DNA from: Flectonema sp. DT1601
Lineage: Eukaryota
Assembly: GCA_964019425.1 (NCBI GenBank)
Contig: OZ025783.1
Location: forward strand, 868,001 to 932,000
Reading direction: 5' to 3'
Length of the DNA stretch: 64,000 nt
The stretch's first letter is position 1, and every line of letters starts with the position of its first letter. Below the pieces are notes generated by a model. It was not told the DNA's origin. It saw only the letters and a list, made by a program, of their open reading frames with translations, and did not search any database. Below, one piece after another: positions 10,765-23,092 of this stretch. A program made the translations under genes and the position numbers.

Positions 10765-13700
10765 AACACAGGCTTAAAACAAGCTTTCCTTGCTGAGATA
10801 TGCTCGGCTCTTGTACTTGTTCCTTCTTCTTAGGTTGATTTCCAAGTCTTGCCCGTCTTCTTCTTTCCCAAAGTAATATTAGAAGAAGAAAAAAACTAAT
10901 TGGATTTTATTATTATGTTGAGGGGAAAAAAAAATACTTCTTAATTCCTGAAATTAAAAAAGAAAAATTACTTCATAACCATCGTAATCTTTTCCCAACG
11001 AAAGTAGGTTTTCGATGTCTCGCTTACTTTTTTTTTTGTAAGCATTTCTATTTATTACATAGCCACAAGGGATAAATTCCAGTTCTGACTTTCTCAATAT
11101 CAACAAGACAGACTTTGACTTTCTTTTGTACTCTTCGGTTTGGAACTTTTATCGCTAGGCATTGATTCCTTGTATGGCATTCAATTGATTGTGTCGGTAG
11201 TATTGTCATAAAGGATTCCAGTGCGGCTTCTTTTAGTCTAACCGGCTTACAGTTTGCTCTCTGAAATCGAAAGCATTTCTTACAAGAGTGATATCTACGT
11301 TAGTGTCGTAGAGGGGGCAGCGTGATTAGCTTCGCAGGCCAATTCAATTTGCACAGTATTATTTTCAGATTCTTGCAAGTAACAAAAGCAAGAAAAAAAA
11401 AATTTCGTAACAAACAACATCTTGCATTGTTTTATTATTACAAGTGAGTTCAGCTGTTTCGGCTGCTATTCGCAAGTTGTATCATTCTTCGTGACGGCAT
11501 AGTGAGACAGGTTTCTCTAACTCGTTCGTATTTATCTATAAATTTATGGCCTATTCAAACTTGCTGAGCTTGACTTTTTTAATTAACTTAAACTAAACAA
11601 TATATTCTCTTTGTAACCTGCACGATGAGAATTTTTTGTGGCAATCCTTTTGGCCAGCCTTACAAACAATAATTTTAGTTGTTTTTTTTTTCTTTTTTAA
11701 AGGCAGTGGCCCAAAATACACTTTCTTGCACATAAGCCAAAATACGCCGAAGTCTAAATACACTACTGGAATGGATGACAACCTGTTGGATTTTGACGAC
11801 GTCTTTATTCATCTTTTGTGTTTTTTTTTTGGTATTTTGTGGCCATAACCTTTTTTTTTTTTTTTTTTCCCCTTTTTTCCGTGTTTACCTCGAATTTCTG
11901 TAGAATCGCATATCTTGTTCTATTTTTTTCTGTTTGCGGAGTACTACTATTAACAAAGAGTACGCGGTCCCTTTACAATTTTTTTTTTTTTTTTTTTTTG
12001 ATGTTGGGATATCTTGACTATTTCGGTCACCCTGACATAACGAATTTAGTTATGTTTCTTTATTTATTTATTTTTTTTTTTTTGTTGGAAAAAATCCTTT
12101 CCAGGTTTGAATACCCGGTTTCAGGAACAAAGTTCCCTTTTTTTTTTGGATTGAAAAAAAAGCCCTGGGTGTCTTTTTTGTAAGTAATTGGAGAGTGAAG
12201 AGACTACAGTTTATACAGTAGTTTCGTTTATGTAACTTCGCTTGGCGAACTCATTTTTCCACCTGTTTTTTCGTTTTTTTTGGTTAGGCTTTTTTTTTTT
12301 TTTTTTTTTTTTTGTTCCCTTCAGATTAATTTTTTTTGCTTAAAGAAAACAAATCGGGTAATATATAAAAATGGGCCAATTTAACCTTGGGATTGCTTAC
12401 TTCGTTAATTGAGCCAATTTCCTGTTTGATTCAGAATGAATCATGTCGGTTGTCGAGGAATTGAGTTTCATTTCGATAATCATAAACGGACTCCTAAAAG
12501 GAACACCGTTCTATAAAAAAACTGTTTTACTGTTTTTTCTCTCTCCTCTTTTTTTTCTTTTTCTTTAATAAAATGACTTGTCCAAATAAAAGATATCACA
12601 ATTACGAAAGCTTCATTTTATTACTGCTTTCATCCTGTATTATTTGAATATAAGTTTTTGTCTTTATTTTGGTTCCAATCGTTGTGTTCGCATAGGAAAA
12701 GGTGGACTTCAGGTTCCCTGCCTTGCAACTGATGTGCTGTGTAGATGGTGTGATTTATTTCTTTGGTTTACCTAACCTGAAAAGTTGTTCACTGTTGTAC
12801 AACAATCTTGTCGTACAACAAGCTGCAGTTTCTTTTCATTCGGACTTCATTTCACGTAAATTCCTAACCACTGGGGAGTAGAATGTCCCTTTTTGTTGCT
12901 TAAACGATCGATTAACATCATTATCATTTATTCTTTTGTAGTAAAAAAAAAAAACTAGCAATTTCTTCTTTTTTTAATATCGCTGACACTATTCGCATTG
13001 ATTGATTATTCTCCCTTTAATTTTTTTTTTTTTTTTTTTTTTCAAGTCCGGCGCAGTTATGACCCGTAAACTGACTGTCATCTTACCTGATGCTTTTGTT
13101 TTCATTTCTTGCAGAGTGATATGGCTATGTGCTGCCCTATTTTGTAGTACTTTAAAAAAGCTTTTCGTAAGCAAAGTACAATTATAATGCTTTAGACAAC
13201 TGGGGTGAATGATCCTCGGTACTGGTTCTATTTTCTTTCGTGGTATGTGGGCTCATGGCACATATGGTCGTATTATAAGCAAGATACTGTGTATGGAATA
13301 TTTTATTTTTATTATTATTTTCACTTTCCCCATTCCCAGATCATTTCTCTTTTATTTTCTTTAGTTGTTTTCAGGCCTCTGGGCAAGGTGGAAGCTGGGA
13401 GTCTATCACTTCCAGCCGAAGCTATAAAACTACAATCTTCGTGATTGGGTCCTTACTGATGCGGGCTACCCAGACCCCTCGTAGTCGTCGGTTCTGTATT
13501 TCTAACTTTTCTATACTAAAATTAATAATAACTTTTTTTTTGTTTTTTCTTTCCTTATTACTCTCTGCATCGCTTATGCGTGTGCTACCCTCTTCACAAA
13601 CCTAGTGGGCGGATACTGCAACAAAAATTAACGCTCTCGTTTGAAGAAGCCTGTTATTCATTGTTTGCTGTTGAAAAAAAAAAAAAAAAAAACCCCCCCC

Positions 13701-14297
13701 CTGTAGGTTTTAATTCCCTGTGTTGAGAAGTGCAGCTGCATCCAAGGATCTATCTGTACCAGAAAGCACATGCAATCAATTACATAGCTGTTGTGAGGCA
13801 GTGCCTCTTATCGCAATTCTGTTTCTTGTAGAAGATGGATTGTGACGGACAACCCTGTCGGGGAATGGTCCACGGCAGTTAGTAACTTACTACTTTTCAC
13901 GTCGTGATCGGTTGCACTTTTGCGATGGTAGCCGACCTAGCGCACAATCAAATCAAATAATTTTTTTTTTTTTTCCTTTTAGAGAGTCTTTGAATAAATA
14001 TTAACCTTATTATTATTTATTCGAATATTAATTTTTAATATTCTTTCCTGCTAGTGATCCGGTCAAGTGAGGCTACAGATCTCTTGATTTAGTATGCCCT
14101 TTGAAGAAAATAAAAAAATAATCCTCCAGGATTGGGTTCAATCTACTACCGCAGTATTGGGATCCCGATACTCTTTGAGCGTCCACTTAACTGGTACTCG
14201 GTAGTCTGTTGCAACCGCTTGACTAGCAAATACTTTCTCCTGACAAAATCACTTTTAAAATTTTATTTTTGTGATAAGCTTTCCTCCGTTTTGGATG

Positions 14298-14329
<32 letters not shown>

Positions 14330-14570
14330 GGTTTTCCTGAAAGTGAGTCGCCAAAGATTACGTTTTTACGTTAGCCTAACTGGAAGCGATACATAATTCG
14401 CCGTCAACTCCGTAATGCTCCTCATGGAAATATTTCCAAAAAAAATGAGATTTAATTCATCGGGGAGAAAAAGGTGTTTGTCTGATAGTAACTTTGTAAA
14501 TCAGAACTTGAGATTTTTTTTTTTTCCCGTTCTTTTTTTCTTGAATGAAAATTCATTAAACAACCGTGAA

Positions 14571-14745
14571 AAGGTGGAAAAGCTGAAATTTTTTTGTATT
14601 TTGTTCAAAAAAAAAATTAAATTACGTTCCTTCTGTTGAAGCTAATTCAACAGATTCGGTGCTGATTCTTCGGAAACGGCTACGGATTGGGCCCCGTTAC
14701 CTACTCATACTATACAGCAAAGTTGGGATCAAGTAACCAACATAT
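14571..14745 (+). repeat. Diverged dispersed repeat, copy A
   Basis: Collinear blocks shared with 15180-15319: aggtggaaa(a)gct, aattaaatta, gttgaagcta(a/g)ttcaaca, gttacct, actcata(c/a)tatacagcaa(a/c)gttgg, aa(g/a)taac. Confidence 0.65.
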
Positions 14746-15179
14746 GAGATTAAGGTTTACGCAAATTGTTCTTGGATAGGCTTTGGAAAGAGAATTCTTC
14801 TCTTTTTTTTGCTTGTTAATATATTTTTTTTTTTTTAAATTTAGTTTCGGAAAGCTGTTAACTTATTTTATGCTTACATAAATGAAGATCACGACGGGAC
14901 TGTAGATAAGATTCCAGTCTTTAAAAAAAAAAAAAAAACTAGGCTTTTCGTGGACAAGAAGTTTTTTTTTTTAAAACAAAGAATCAACACAACATAAAAA
15001 GGAAATTCAGTTTTGCTAACTCTCATAGAAAGAGAAATTTAATTAATCGTCCAACATCAAGAATAGTATTATTATTATTTTTTTAATGGGTGGAATTTAT
15101 TACTCTTTTACAGGCCACGAGTGTGTTTGTTTATGTATTTATTCTTTTTATTTATTTAGTTCAGTATAAAAAGCTAGGC

Positions 15180-15319
15180 AAGGTGGAAAGCTTAAGATTG
15201 TTCATTATCTTTTTATAAATTAAATTAGTTGAAGCTAGTTCAACAATCATACCTCTGTTGCTGTGAGTTACCTTAGCACTCATAATATACAGCAACGTTG
15301 GATTAAATAACGACAATAT
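15180..15319 (+). repeat. Diverged dispersed repeat, copy B
   Basis: Same collinear blocks as 14571-14745; a weaker relative starts near 13382 (ggcaaggtggaagct...gaagcta...gattgggtcc). Confidence 0.65.
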
Positions 15320-16949
15320 CAAAGCAGCATGCCCGCTTCATTAGCCCTCACATTCTAGAACTTACCGTTTATAAGAAGATTATGGCCTGAAACTAGTGTT
15401 TTACGGAACAACAAAAAAACTTACTTCATGTTTTCACTATCTTATTTTCTCAAATACGTTTTTTTTTAATAATCTCATATACTAACAGGATACTAACACA
15501 GCACTTTATGTGTTGGTAGTGTAACTCTGAATGTGGCTTTTGCTCCGCTTTTATTTTTTATTTTTTTCTTTCTTAAACTCAAAGTGAATCTTTCCTGTTA
15601 GCAAATGTGGATGTTGCGAGAGGCAACTCCGGGTGCTGGCTTGGCGTTCTTTCAATCATGCTTTTCAAATGGCATGATACATCATGTGGCATGAGTACTC
15701 ATGTTTGTACTCACTATTGCAATTATCATGTGGCGTTGATTGCTTTATTGTGTTGTGATTCACTCTCTGTATTTACTTTCCCGAAACGTTTTTGTGTTCT
15801 GGTATTCGGTTATTGGTCCGGGTAGTGTTCGACCTGCTGAACTTCTTTCCTATGATATCTATTTTGAAATTTATTTAAAATGAAAGGTGAAGATCTGTAG
15901 TCAACGGTCTCACTCATTTCTTTGGTGCACTACCGGTACCCACAGTATAATAATAGATGTTTACACAGCGATACTCCATTAGCGAGTTAACTATTTTCAA
16001 TTTTTTGCTGTTATTCTTATTTGCTTTCCCCTTCTTGTTCTTAACTGTTGCGGTAGGATGCCTTACTACACCCAAGTAGATACAACTTTTTTTTTTGTAG
16101 TTGGGCGGAAAACGTTTCTGTTGTATGATGACAGTACTAATAATGGTAATTGAACATTTTGTGTTTGAAACTCAACTAAGCAGCACTTTAACAAGCTGCT
16201 TGTAGTTGGTTTCCTTTTTTGCGGTTCTCCTTTGGGCCAGCTGATGCGCAACGGTGACACTGTCTGTTACGCTGTCTGCTATTTGGTGTTTCTTGTTGGT
16301 TTGGAGAAGTCTTTTACTCTTTCCACAGCGAGCGGGTTCTTGTTTTTCTATTTCGAGATAGATATTGTTTTGGGATGTCTTATTCCATACAACACGTTGC
16401 TCGCTTGTAAAGCTCTCACTTTTTTTCCCCGTTCTCGTTTTATTTCATATTTTTATATTTAAAACCCACACGAACCCTTGCTAAGCTTGATGGGCTTCGT
16501 CTTTTTCTCAGAAAAATTACAGGTTTATCCTACCACCGAACCCAGCACTATTCCCATTCCTGAATTTGTTTCATTTTGCCCAAGACTGATTTCGGTGATT
16601 GGTTGTGAATGAAAATATCTAGAATGGACATCGTTTGGCAACACTCGGGACCTACCGACACATAAAAAACATTATGAACTAGTAACCCGCACGTTGCGAA
16701 TAAACGTGATTTCCACGTAAGCATTCTTTAATACCTTGTTGCCTTTTATTTTTTTTTTGTTTCTTGCTGTTACATCGGCAGAAATAGTACTTCTGGTTTA
16801 ATAAGAAACGAATGTTAGTTGTGAATCGTTTGTGTGACCTTTTTTTTCCCTGACCATTGTACTCTTTTACCTCTCTGGTCATTAAAGTATAATCTTGAAT
16901 GAATTCTGTGAAACAAACAATGGTTTTTTTTTAGATAATAACTCACTAT

Positions 16950-17400
16950 TCAAGAAGAAAACGGTTATTATTAAAGTTCTACGGAAAAAGTTTTGTGAAA
17001 ACCAGATGTGGGTAGCAATTGGATGATATGATGCAAGTGTGTCATCGCAGGGAACAACTTCCCAGGTGAACTCTAAATTGCACTGCACGAATAGTTTTTG
17101 TAGCTCTTGACCTGCCCAGGAACACAACACCCACATGTATTCATTCAGTGTCATGATGTGTTCGGAGTTGCTGTTTTCGGTGTTTTCAGAGATGCGGGAA
17201 GTTTTTTTTTTGAACTTTTCTCCAGCACGCAAAAGTTTATTCTTATTTCCTTTTTAAATTCGCAACTTTTTTTCTTTACTCTATCTGGCTTAAGCCTCTT
17301 ATCGTAAAATGAAACGATGGTTTAAGATGCAAACTCGGATACAGATTTTCACATATGGGATGGTTTTTACACGTCTTGGATTACCTCATTTCTTAATCCT
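16950..17400 (-). pseudogene. Possible highly decayed APE-endonuclease relic of a non-LTR retrotransposon
   Basis: Minus-strand fragments in the APE order: ENLYP (NxYxP), LRAGE (aGDfN), IMTLNE (lNdg) and TWEVVPCDDTLASYHPI (W.V...SDH.PI). All are degenerate. Confidence 0.3.
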
Positions 17401-19136
17401 CTCTCAAAGCGAGTAGAACACATGTAAAAACCCAACCGCGTGAAAAACAGGCTATCTGATTTTCATTAAATCAATAGTTATTTTCTTTTTAGTTTATTTC
17501 GCAACGCAAGTAAAAGTGAGCTTTTTCCTTTCCCGACTTCTATAAGCAAAGCTACTGTTAAACTTCCGTTTTTTGAAGTGCAGGGCGCTGTTCTGTCTGG
17601 GCACGTTTCATGATTGTTGTTTTTACAAACTTAGCAAATGTCTTATATTGTAGTCAACAGGGGAACTCTTCTATCCTTGTGTTCTCTTTTTTTCTTGCAT
17701 AATATATTGCCTTTTGAATTTTTATTCTATAGTTTGAACTAACTAAACTAAACTAAACTTTGAGTAGAAAACAGTTAACACCATAGGCTTAACTGGCGAG
17801 TAGTGAAAAAACATGAATTGCTTATCTCGTTTGGCCTGTCAGCTTGCCAAGCTGTGTTACAAGATCTTTCCTGCTGGAATCACGCAGCTGATTAAGAATA
17901 AAACGTTATTACGTTTGCGTCGGTCGGCTGGTTTCCCTTCTGCCTGTCAAACTAAAATACTTTTAGAAAAGAAAGAAAATCCATCCTAAGTAAGCAAGTA
18001 GTTTCATTGTTTTGTTTGTATCTTCGCAAGGAGGAAGACAACGAATATGGCAAACAAGTTATATTCAGGTTGTCTCATCTAAGCGGATAATATTCTAAGA
18101 ACAAAACAAGCTATCTGCGAATCTATTTAGTTATTGGTTGTTCTTTGGATCAAAACATTTCTGCAAAACAAATCAAAAAACAAATTTGATTTACTGCTTA
18201 ACTGGGATGTTTCATATCCCTATATACATTTGTTCATTACCTTCCCTAACTACATCTAATTCTGTCAGGTTAGGAGACTCTTCCGTTTTTCCTGAATGAA
18301 AATGCGGAGCATCCAGCCGCGGGATTAGCGGGTTTCGTTTTACTTCTTTTTGTTCATGCTGATTTTCTCCAATGCTGAATTTATATAGAGTAACAGTTTA
18401 TATAAATAAAAACTGTTACTCTTGGAAGCCTTTGGAAAAAGAACCATTTCCTCGGAGGCTGAGAGCCATTTATTTCTTTCCGGAAATTCCCCTAAAATCT
18501 CGAAAAATTCTTTGCTTTTTGAATAACGGCTATTTTCGGCTGATTTCTTCCTTTTATTTTATGTTGGTTTCCTCATTGTTATCTTAAGGTTACCATTGGC
18601 TGCTTGCGTTCTTGGCTTTTTTTTTCTAGAGCGCACATGCTTTTTGTACTTGCTAACAATTATTCTTGCTGGATTATGTCACAGCGAGTGCTTTCAATGA
18701 CCCTTGGCTGGATTCTTTTTTTCTTTGCTTTGGTTTGGTCTTTAGCACAAACAATGTCTCTCTCACTAGTTCCTCTCTCATGTTCACACAAGTTGCTGTC
18801 ATCGCGATTACAGAATTACAAGTTATCCAGGTGAAAGAAAATGGAGTAAATCGAGTCGGCACATGACTAAATCGGCTGTGTAGTAGAGGTCGCCCTATTT
18901 ATAAAAAGCCTTTTTCGCCCAGCAATGTTTTCGCTAAATGTAACTTTTCTTCTCAGGTAAAAAAATGCAAGACACGTCCCTTCACCATGTTCATCGCCAA
19001 CGCCTCTCAATAGCAGCTTGTCGGGCAGCTCGCACTACACTGAAGTACATGTTCTGAACTACCCTCAGCACCTTACATGGCCTTTTGCAATGTTTCAGGC
19101 TTTGCCTTTCTTTGTTCATCGCCTCATTCAATCGCA

Positions 19137-19226
19137 GCTTGCGGAAGAAAATTAACATCCAAAATTAGCTTGCGGAAGAAACTTAGCACCAAAAATTTGC
19201 TTTCAGGAAGAAAATTAGCGTCTAAA
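19137..19226. repeat. Imperfect ~31-bp tandem repeat, 3 units
   Basis: gcttgcggaagaaaattaacatccaaaatta / gcttgcggaagaaacttagcaccaaaaattt / gctttcaggaagaaaattagcgtctaaa. Confidence 0.8.
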
Positions 19227-19399
19227 TCTCCTGTGACTGCAGTTAACATGCGACTATCCGTGGTTCAATCATATTTTCTACCATACAAATAAGTGTAGAT
19301 GCAAAAAGAAAAAAGGAAAATTCCCCATAGCTACCCTTTTCTCATGGATAACACGGTTAGGAGAAATCCGGGCGTTTTACAGGAGGAAACAAATCAAAG

Positions 19400-20230
19400 T
19401 TGAATAGCTCCACTTTCTGTTCTGCTACTTTCGTAGCAGTCCTTCCTCGTCCCATCCAGTTGTTAGTTTATCCACTTGTGCCATATTTCAGGTCATCGCC
19501 AATGGGCACCCAAGTGCTTAACCTACTGGGTGGCCGTTCACTTTTTCGAGGCGGATGCGACACGGAAACTGCCCTCCTGCGGGTCGTTTGCAATCAGAAG
19601 GTTATTATCATTAATCCTGGCACCCAATGTCTCAATAATTCCTCTAACCGAAGGGGTGCATACTTCATAGCAAGCACCGCCACCTCTACCCGGCCTATCC
19701 CCTGTACGTGATGCAATTCCAGTGATATAGAGGCTTCCGAAGGCATAATACATGGTTTCCTGAAGGCATAATACATCAGGGCTATACTTACCCAGGATGT
19801 TTCCTGGGTAAGATGAACCCTTCCGTTGATCGTTCTGCAGTTCCAGCTGATAACTCGCAGCTCCGAAGAGGGTCCATCATGACGTTGTCTCGGTCCCGGG
19901 TTCCTCTCGACGTCACCTGCCAGAAGCAAAAGACGCCTTCGCGACTCAGCCCAATCCCGCCTGTTAAGCCTCATGCCACTTGTTCCCTACAAGCGGCATG
20001 AGCAGATGCTCAAGACGTCCCAGTCTATCCTCGACCGAACACTTCTTCCGCCCATCATCCTTTGGAGGTATATTCTTCACCTTCTTGCTCGGTTTCTGCT
20101 GTTCAGAGGTTGGACGATGCCATCTTCCCCGAAGCATCCTTTGGAATCTGCAATGCCTCGCCCCACCAACGATTCTAAAGCTACAGTTTCTGTACTTTAT
20201 TGTTCTCACACCCCTGTCTTCATCACAAGA
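19400..20230 (-). mobile_element. Degenerate ingi/L1Tc-clade non-LTR retrotransposon, 5' portion (basic leader, 2A peptide, APE endonuclease)
   Basis: Basic leader, then LLLLAGDVERNPGP (19932-19891), then APE motifs across frameshifts: LRVISWNCRTIN, KYSPDVLCLQET, DRPGRGGG, NGHP and NWMDEEGL. A 15-nt internal duplication (gaaggcataatacat) lies at 19739 and 19762. No RT region is recognisable directly downstream. Confidence 0.8.
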
Positions 20231-20259
20231 AAACTTATATTTAAATTAAGTTAAAGAAT

Positions 20260-22730
20260 GACTCGTGTAAATTTTGAGTTCCCTGAGTTCTTTAATTGAG
20301 ACTTGGAAGGCGCAGATGGGTGAGGAACCACCAAAGAAGCTCGATAATATCAATCTGGACGAGCTGGTTGCAAGCATCCCCTTTAGTATCGACTTAAGTA
20401 CATTGAGATCCGACAAGGAGACAAGAAGGTTGATCCAAGGCACACTGGCCATGTGTCTCGGGATCTCCTATGATGCGGCCAAGACACTTTCGATGAATAA
20501 GTGTCTAGTAATACTTGGTGTGTTATCAAGGAGCCGCCTGCAGTTGGTCAACCAGAGCGCCGCCCGGATGTGGGATCGCTGCAGCAGAGCACAGGCACAC
20601 TGAGAAGTGATACCAAGCCCGCAAACCTGCAAACCCTCAAACAACAAGCTAGCGTTACCCAGCAAATCACACAACAGCAGAGAGATCAGCAAAAGCAGAA
20701 TGCGGAAGTGATCCAGAAAACCTTAAGAAATAGCAGATCTGAAGAACAACGGTTGACTACGGCTCAACAAGTTCCAGTAGTCGGGGGAGCAGCACAGCAA
20801 CAACCAGCACCGGGGTCGAACGAAGCGATGACACGGGAGGTGACTGACCCGTCTGCAGGCAGGGATGTAACAAAGTGGGCATCCGTTATGAAGTCAGGAA
20901 AGACCGAGGCACTGATCCATGGGATCAGGGAGCGGTATGTGAACGGTCTGGAGTACAAGGTTGGTGGGGGCCAGCTACTTGGCTTCTTCAGGCAGTTGAA
21001 GAACTTCGTTCTCGGTTTGGAGTACGTTGAAAGGAGGAGAACCCGCACTTTGTGGAGTTGGGGAACGAGCTGTTGGACCCTCTGGGGAAAGCAAACGCAA
21101 TAGCGAAGAGAAATAGAAATGCGAAGATGCAACAACCGAAACGGAAAGGGGGGAGATCGTTTGTCTCTACATATCCATCGTCGGGAAACGGGGGAGGGTT
21201 CGCGACAAGTAACAACAAAACCAACGTTCCTAAAACGAAGGTTAGACACGCAAGTATTGGAAACATCCCCATTGCCAAAGTTAAAGTTGAGAAAGCCCGC
21301 AAGACTTATGCAGAAGCACTCAAGACAGGTGTTGAGGAGCAGCCGACTAAAAACAAGGTTAGGAGGATCTGTAAGTTTAATCGTTCAAGACCCGGACAAC
21401 CTTGATTAATAAAACCCGCAGTCCGAGGATTCCCCAGCGGAAGGGGGATCAGTTGGAACAGAAGAGATCGCAGATTCAACGGAAACAATGCCCTCAGAAG
21501 GATTAGAAGGAAATGTGGTTGGGAAGGTCCTGTTGGACATGATGGAGGGATGCCCAGAGGGGACGAAGAGGCGGCATGCCGAGGATTCCGTCACATACAT
21601 GGAGGCGACAGAAAAGCTTCAAGAAACACTGGAGAAGATGTGGGCCTCAAAGACAACAGCAAGCAGGCGGAATCTGTGGAGAAGATTTCGGGCCTGGGCA
21701 AGGGAAAAGGAGAAACCAGCAAACGCAAGCTCGGCTGTTCTGTTCGTGATGGCGACAGGTGTGGCAGTGCAAGGGCTTCTCTCTTATGCAAAGAGTCTGT
21801 CTGCAGTGATGGGGAGGAATAGAAAACGGACCGCTGTTGAGCTTGGCTGCAGCACTGAGGGCGAACGGGGCGGCAATACCGCTGGAACAGGCAACGCCAA
21901 TGACAAGTTTCGACCTGGTGGATTGGGCAAGGGGGCAAGACTTAAAGACCACTTGGCAATGCTAGTGTGCTGGAAGACTGCATCAAGATGGGGCGAGACC
22001 GCAGCGCTCTCAAGGGACCAGTTCATCCCTGTAAGTCCGTCAGAGATCATTATAGATTGGTTCCGCACGCCAAAGGGAAGGAGGGCAAACCCTTACTCGC
22101 CAAGCAGATGGACGGTGATAAAGGGGAATCACACAGAAGAGATAAAGATCTTGCTGGATGCGATGGGGGAGTTCAAAAAACTACACCCGTGGGACATGTC
22201 AAAATTAGTGAAAACGTTCCAGCAGGACGGCAGGATGAAAAGATACACCGCCCACTCAATAAAAAGAGGTGCGATAAGTCATCTGTTGGAGGTTCTGGCA
22301 TCGGACCAAGAGCAGTAAGGACTCACAGAAGGGCTGATAAGCAGGCTGGCCAAGCATGCAGGAGTGTCGGCCCTTTCAGACACCACGCTGAGGTACGGGG
22401 GAAACCCAATTGCAATGGCGTTAAAGACAGGGGATGTCACCTGTTTCCTGTAGTTGATAGATCAAAGAATGCGAGTGAACGGGATGTGATGCGGAGCGTA
22501 GCAGCGCAGTTCACGCACAGAACAAAGAGCACGCGCATCCCCATAACGAAGGAGGAGATATCTTCACCACTACATGTGGCCCCTACACCTAAGATGGATG
22601 TTTCAGCTGTAAGGGGGAGGATGTTGCCGGTCCTGAAGAGGTTTGATTATGTTTGGGACCTCACCTTCTTTCCTAGGGATTCTTCTGTCAATGCACGGCT
22701 CTCGTCAAGAGGAAGTGACTGCGCGAATCG
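20260..22730 (+). mobile_element. TATE/VIPER-like tyrosine-recombinase retroelement, copy 1 (decayed gag-like ORF, YR, truncated RT N-terminus)
   Basis: Purine-rich segment with a frameshifted ORF1 (20260-21410), a YR with TASRWGE, HSIKRGA, LAKH and TTLRY, then an overlapping ORF start (PLHVAPTPKMD) cut off before any RT catalytic motif. Boundaries are approximate. Confidence 0.75.
21488..22453 (+). pseudogene. Tyrosine recombinase pseudogene, copy 1
   Basis: R (TASRW), HxxR (HSIKRGA), H (LAKH) and Y (TTLRY) are present. A premature in-frame TAA at 22316-22318 precedes the catalytic Tyr. A compensated frameshift lies at ~21815-21950, where the alternative frame reads GAAIPLEQATPMT. Confidence 0.8.
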
Positions 22731-23092
22731 CCCCTTCATGCTTCGCAAATTCCTGCGCGGTGTTACTTCTCCACTGTGCTACTGATCTTTTCATTCAATT
22801 CCATGTATGATAATTCTAAGCGGGGGTTTAGTAATGTTAATCTTCAATGGGAGGTTCTTGTTAGAAATACACAAAACGTTTGCTTTCGCAAATTCCCTGA
22901 GCCAAATTAGACAAATGGCATACGCAAAAGCGATTAGACATGACCCATGTCGTGACAGTAAAGGAAGGGAAATTAGCAAACGATGGTTGACAACAACAAC
23001 CATCTTACCGAGAAAAAAAAGAATACACAAAATAACTGGTGGCATGTGAACGTGTGAGGTTGTGATAGTTATTAAGATCAAGGTCAACATGT

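Noticed and set aside
11050..11280. Minus-strand VKVCLVDIEK as a reverse-transcriptase motif relic
   Set aside because: Single weak motif with no KAFD, QG or YADD support.
19137..19226. CRISPR-like array
   Set aside because: Adjacent imperfect tandem units without unique spacers; eukaryotic context and no cas genes.
10000..19400. Short Phe/Lys-rich ORFs in the ORF track
   Set aside because: Artefacts of T/A homopolymers, with no domain motifs.
9939..20260. tRNA or snRNA genes, often found at convergent strand switches
   Set aside because: No cloverleaf or A/B-box pair recognised by eye; tRNAscan-SE or Infernal would be needed to exclude them.
20200..20300. Pr77/HDV-like ribozyme expected at the 5' end of an ingi/L1Tc element
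   Set aside because: No CCCTGG...CCAGGG-type signature found on the - strand here or beyond the YR element; the 5' end appears lost.
21488..22318. 276-aa ORF as a functional integrase
   Set aside because: The stop precedes the LAKH and TTLRY catalytic segment, and the middle of the ORF is out of the ancestral frame in all three copies.
22316..22318. Stop-codon reassignment or read-through (TAA in the YR; TGA after the intronic ATG at 38350)
   Set aside because: Host genes end normally in TAA, TAG and TGA; the YR has other disabling lesions; the TFB5 TGA lies within an intron.
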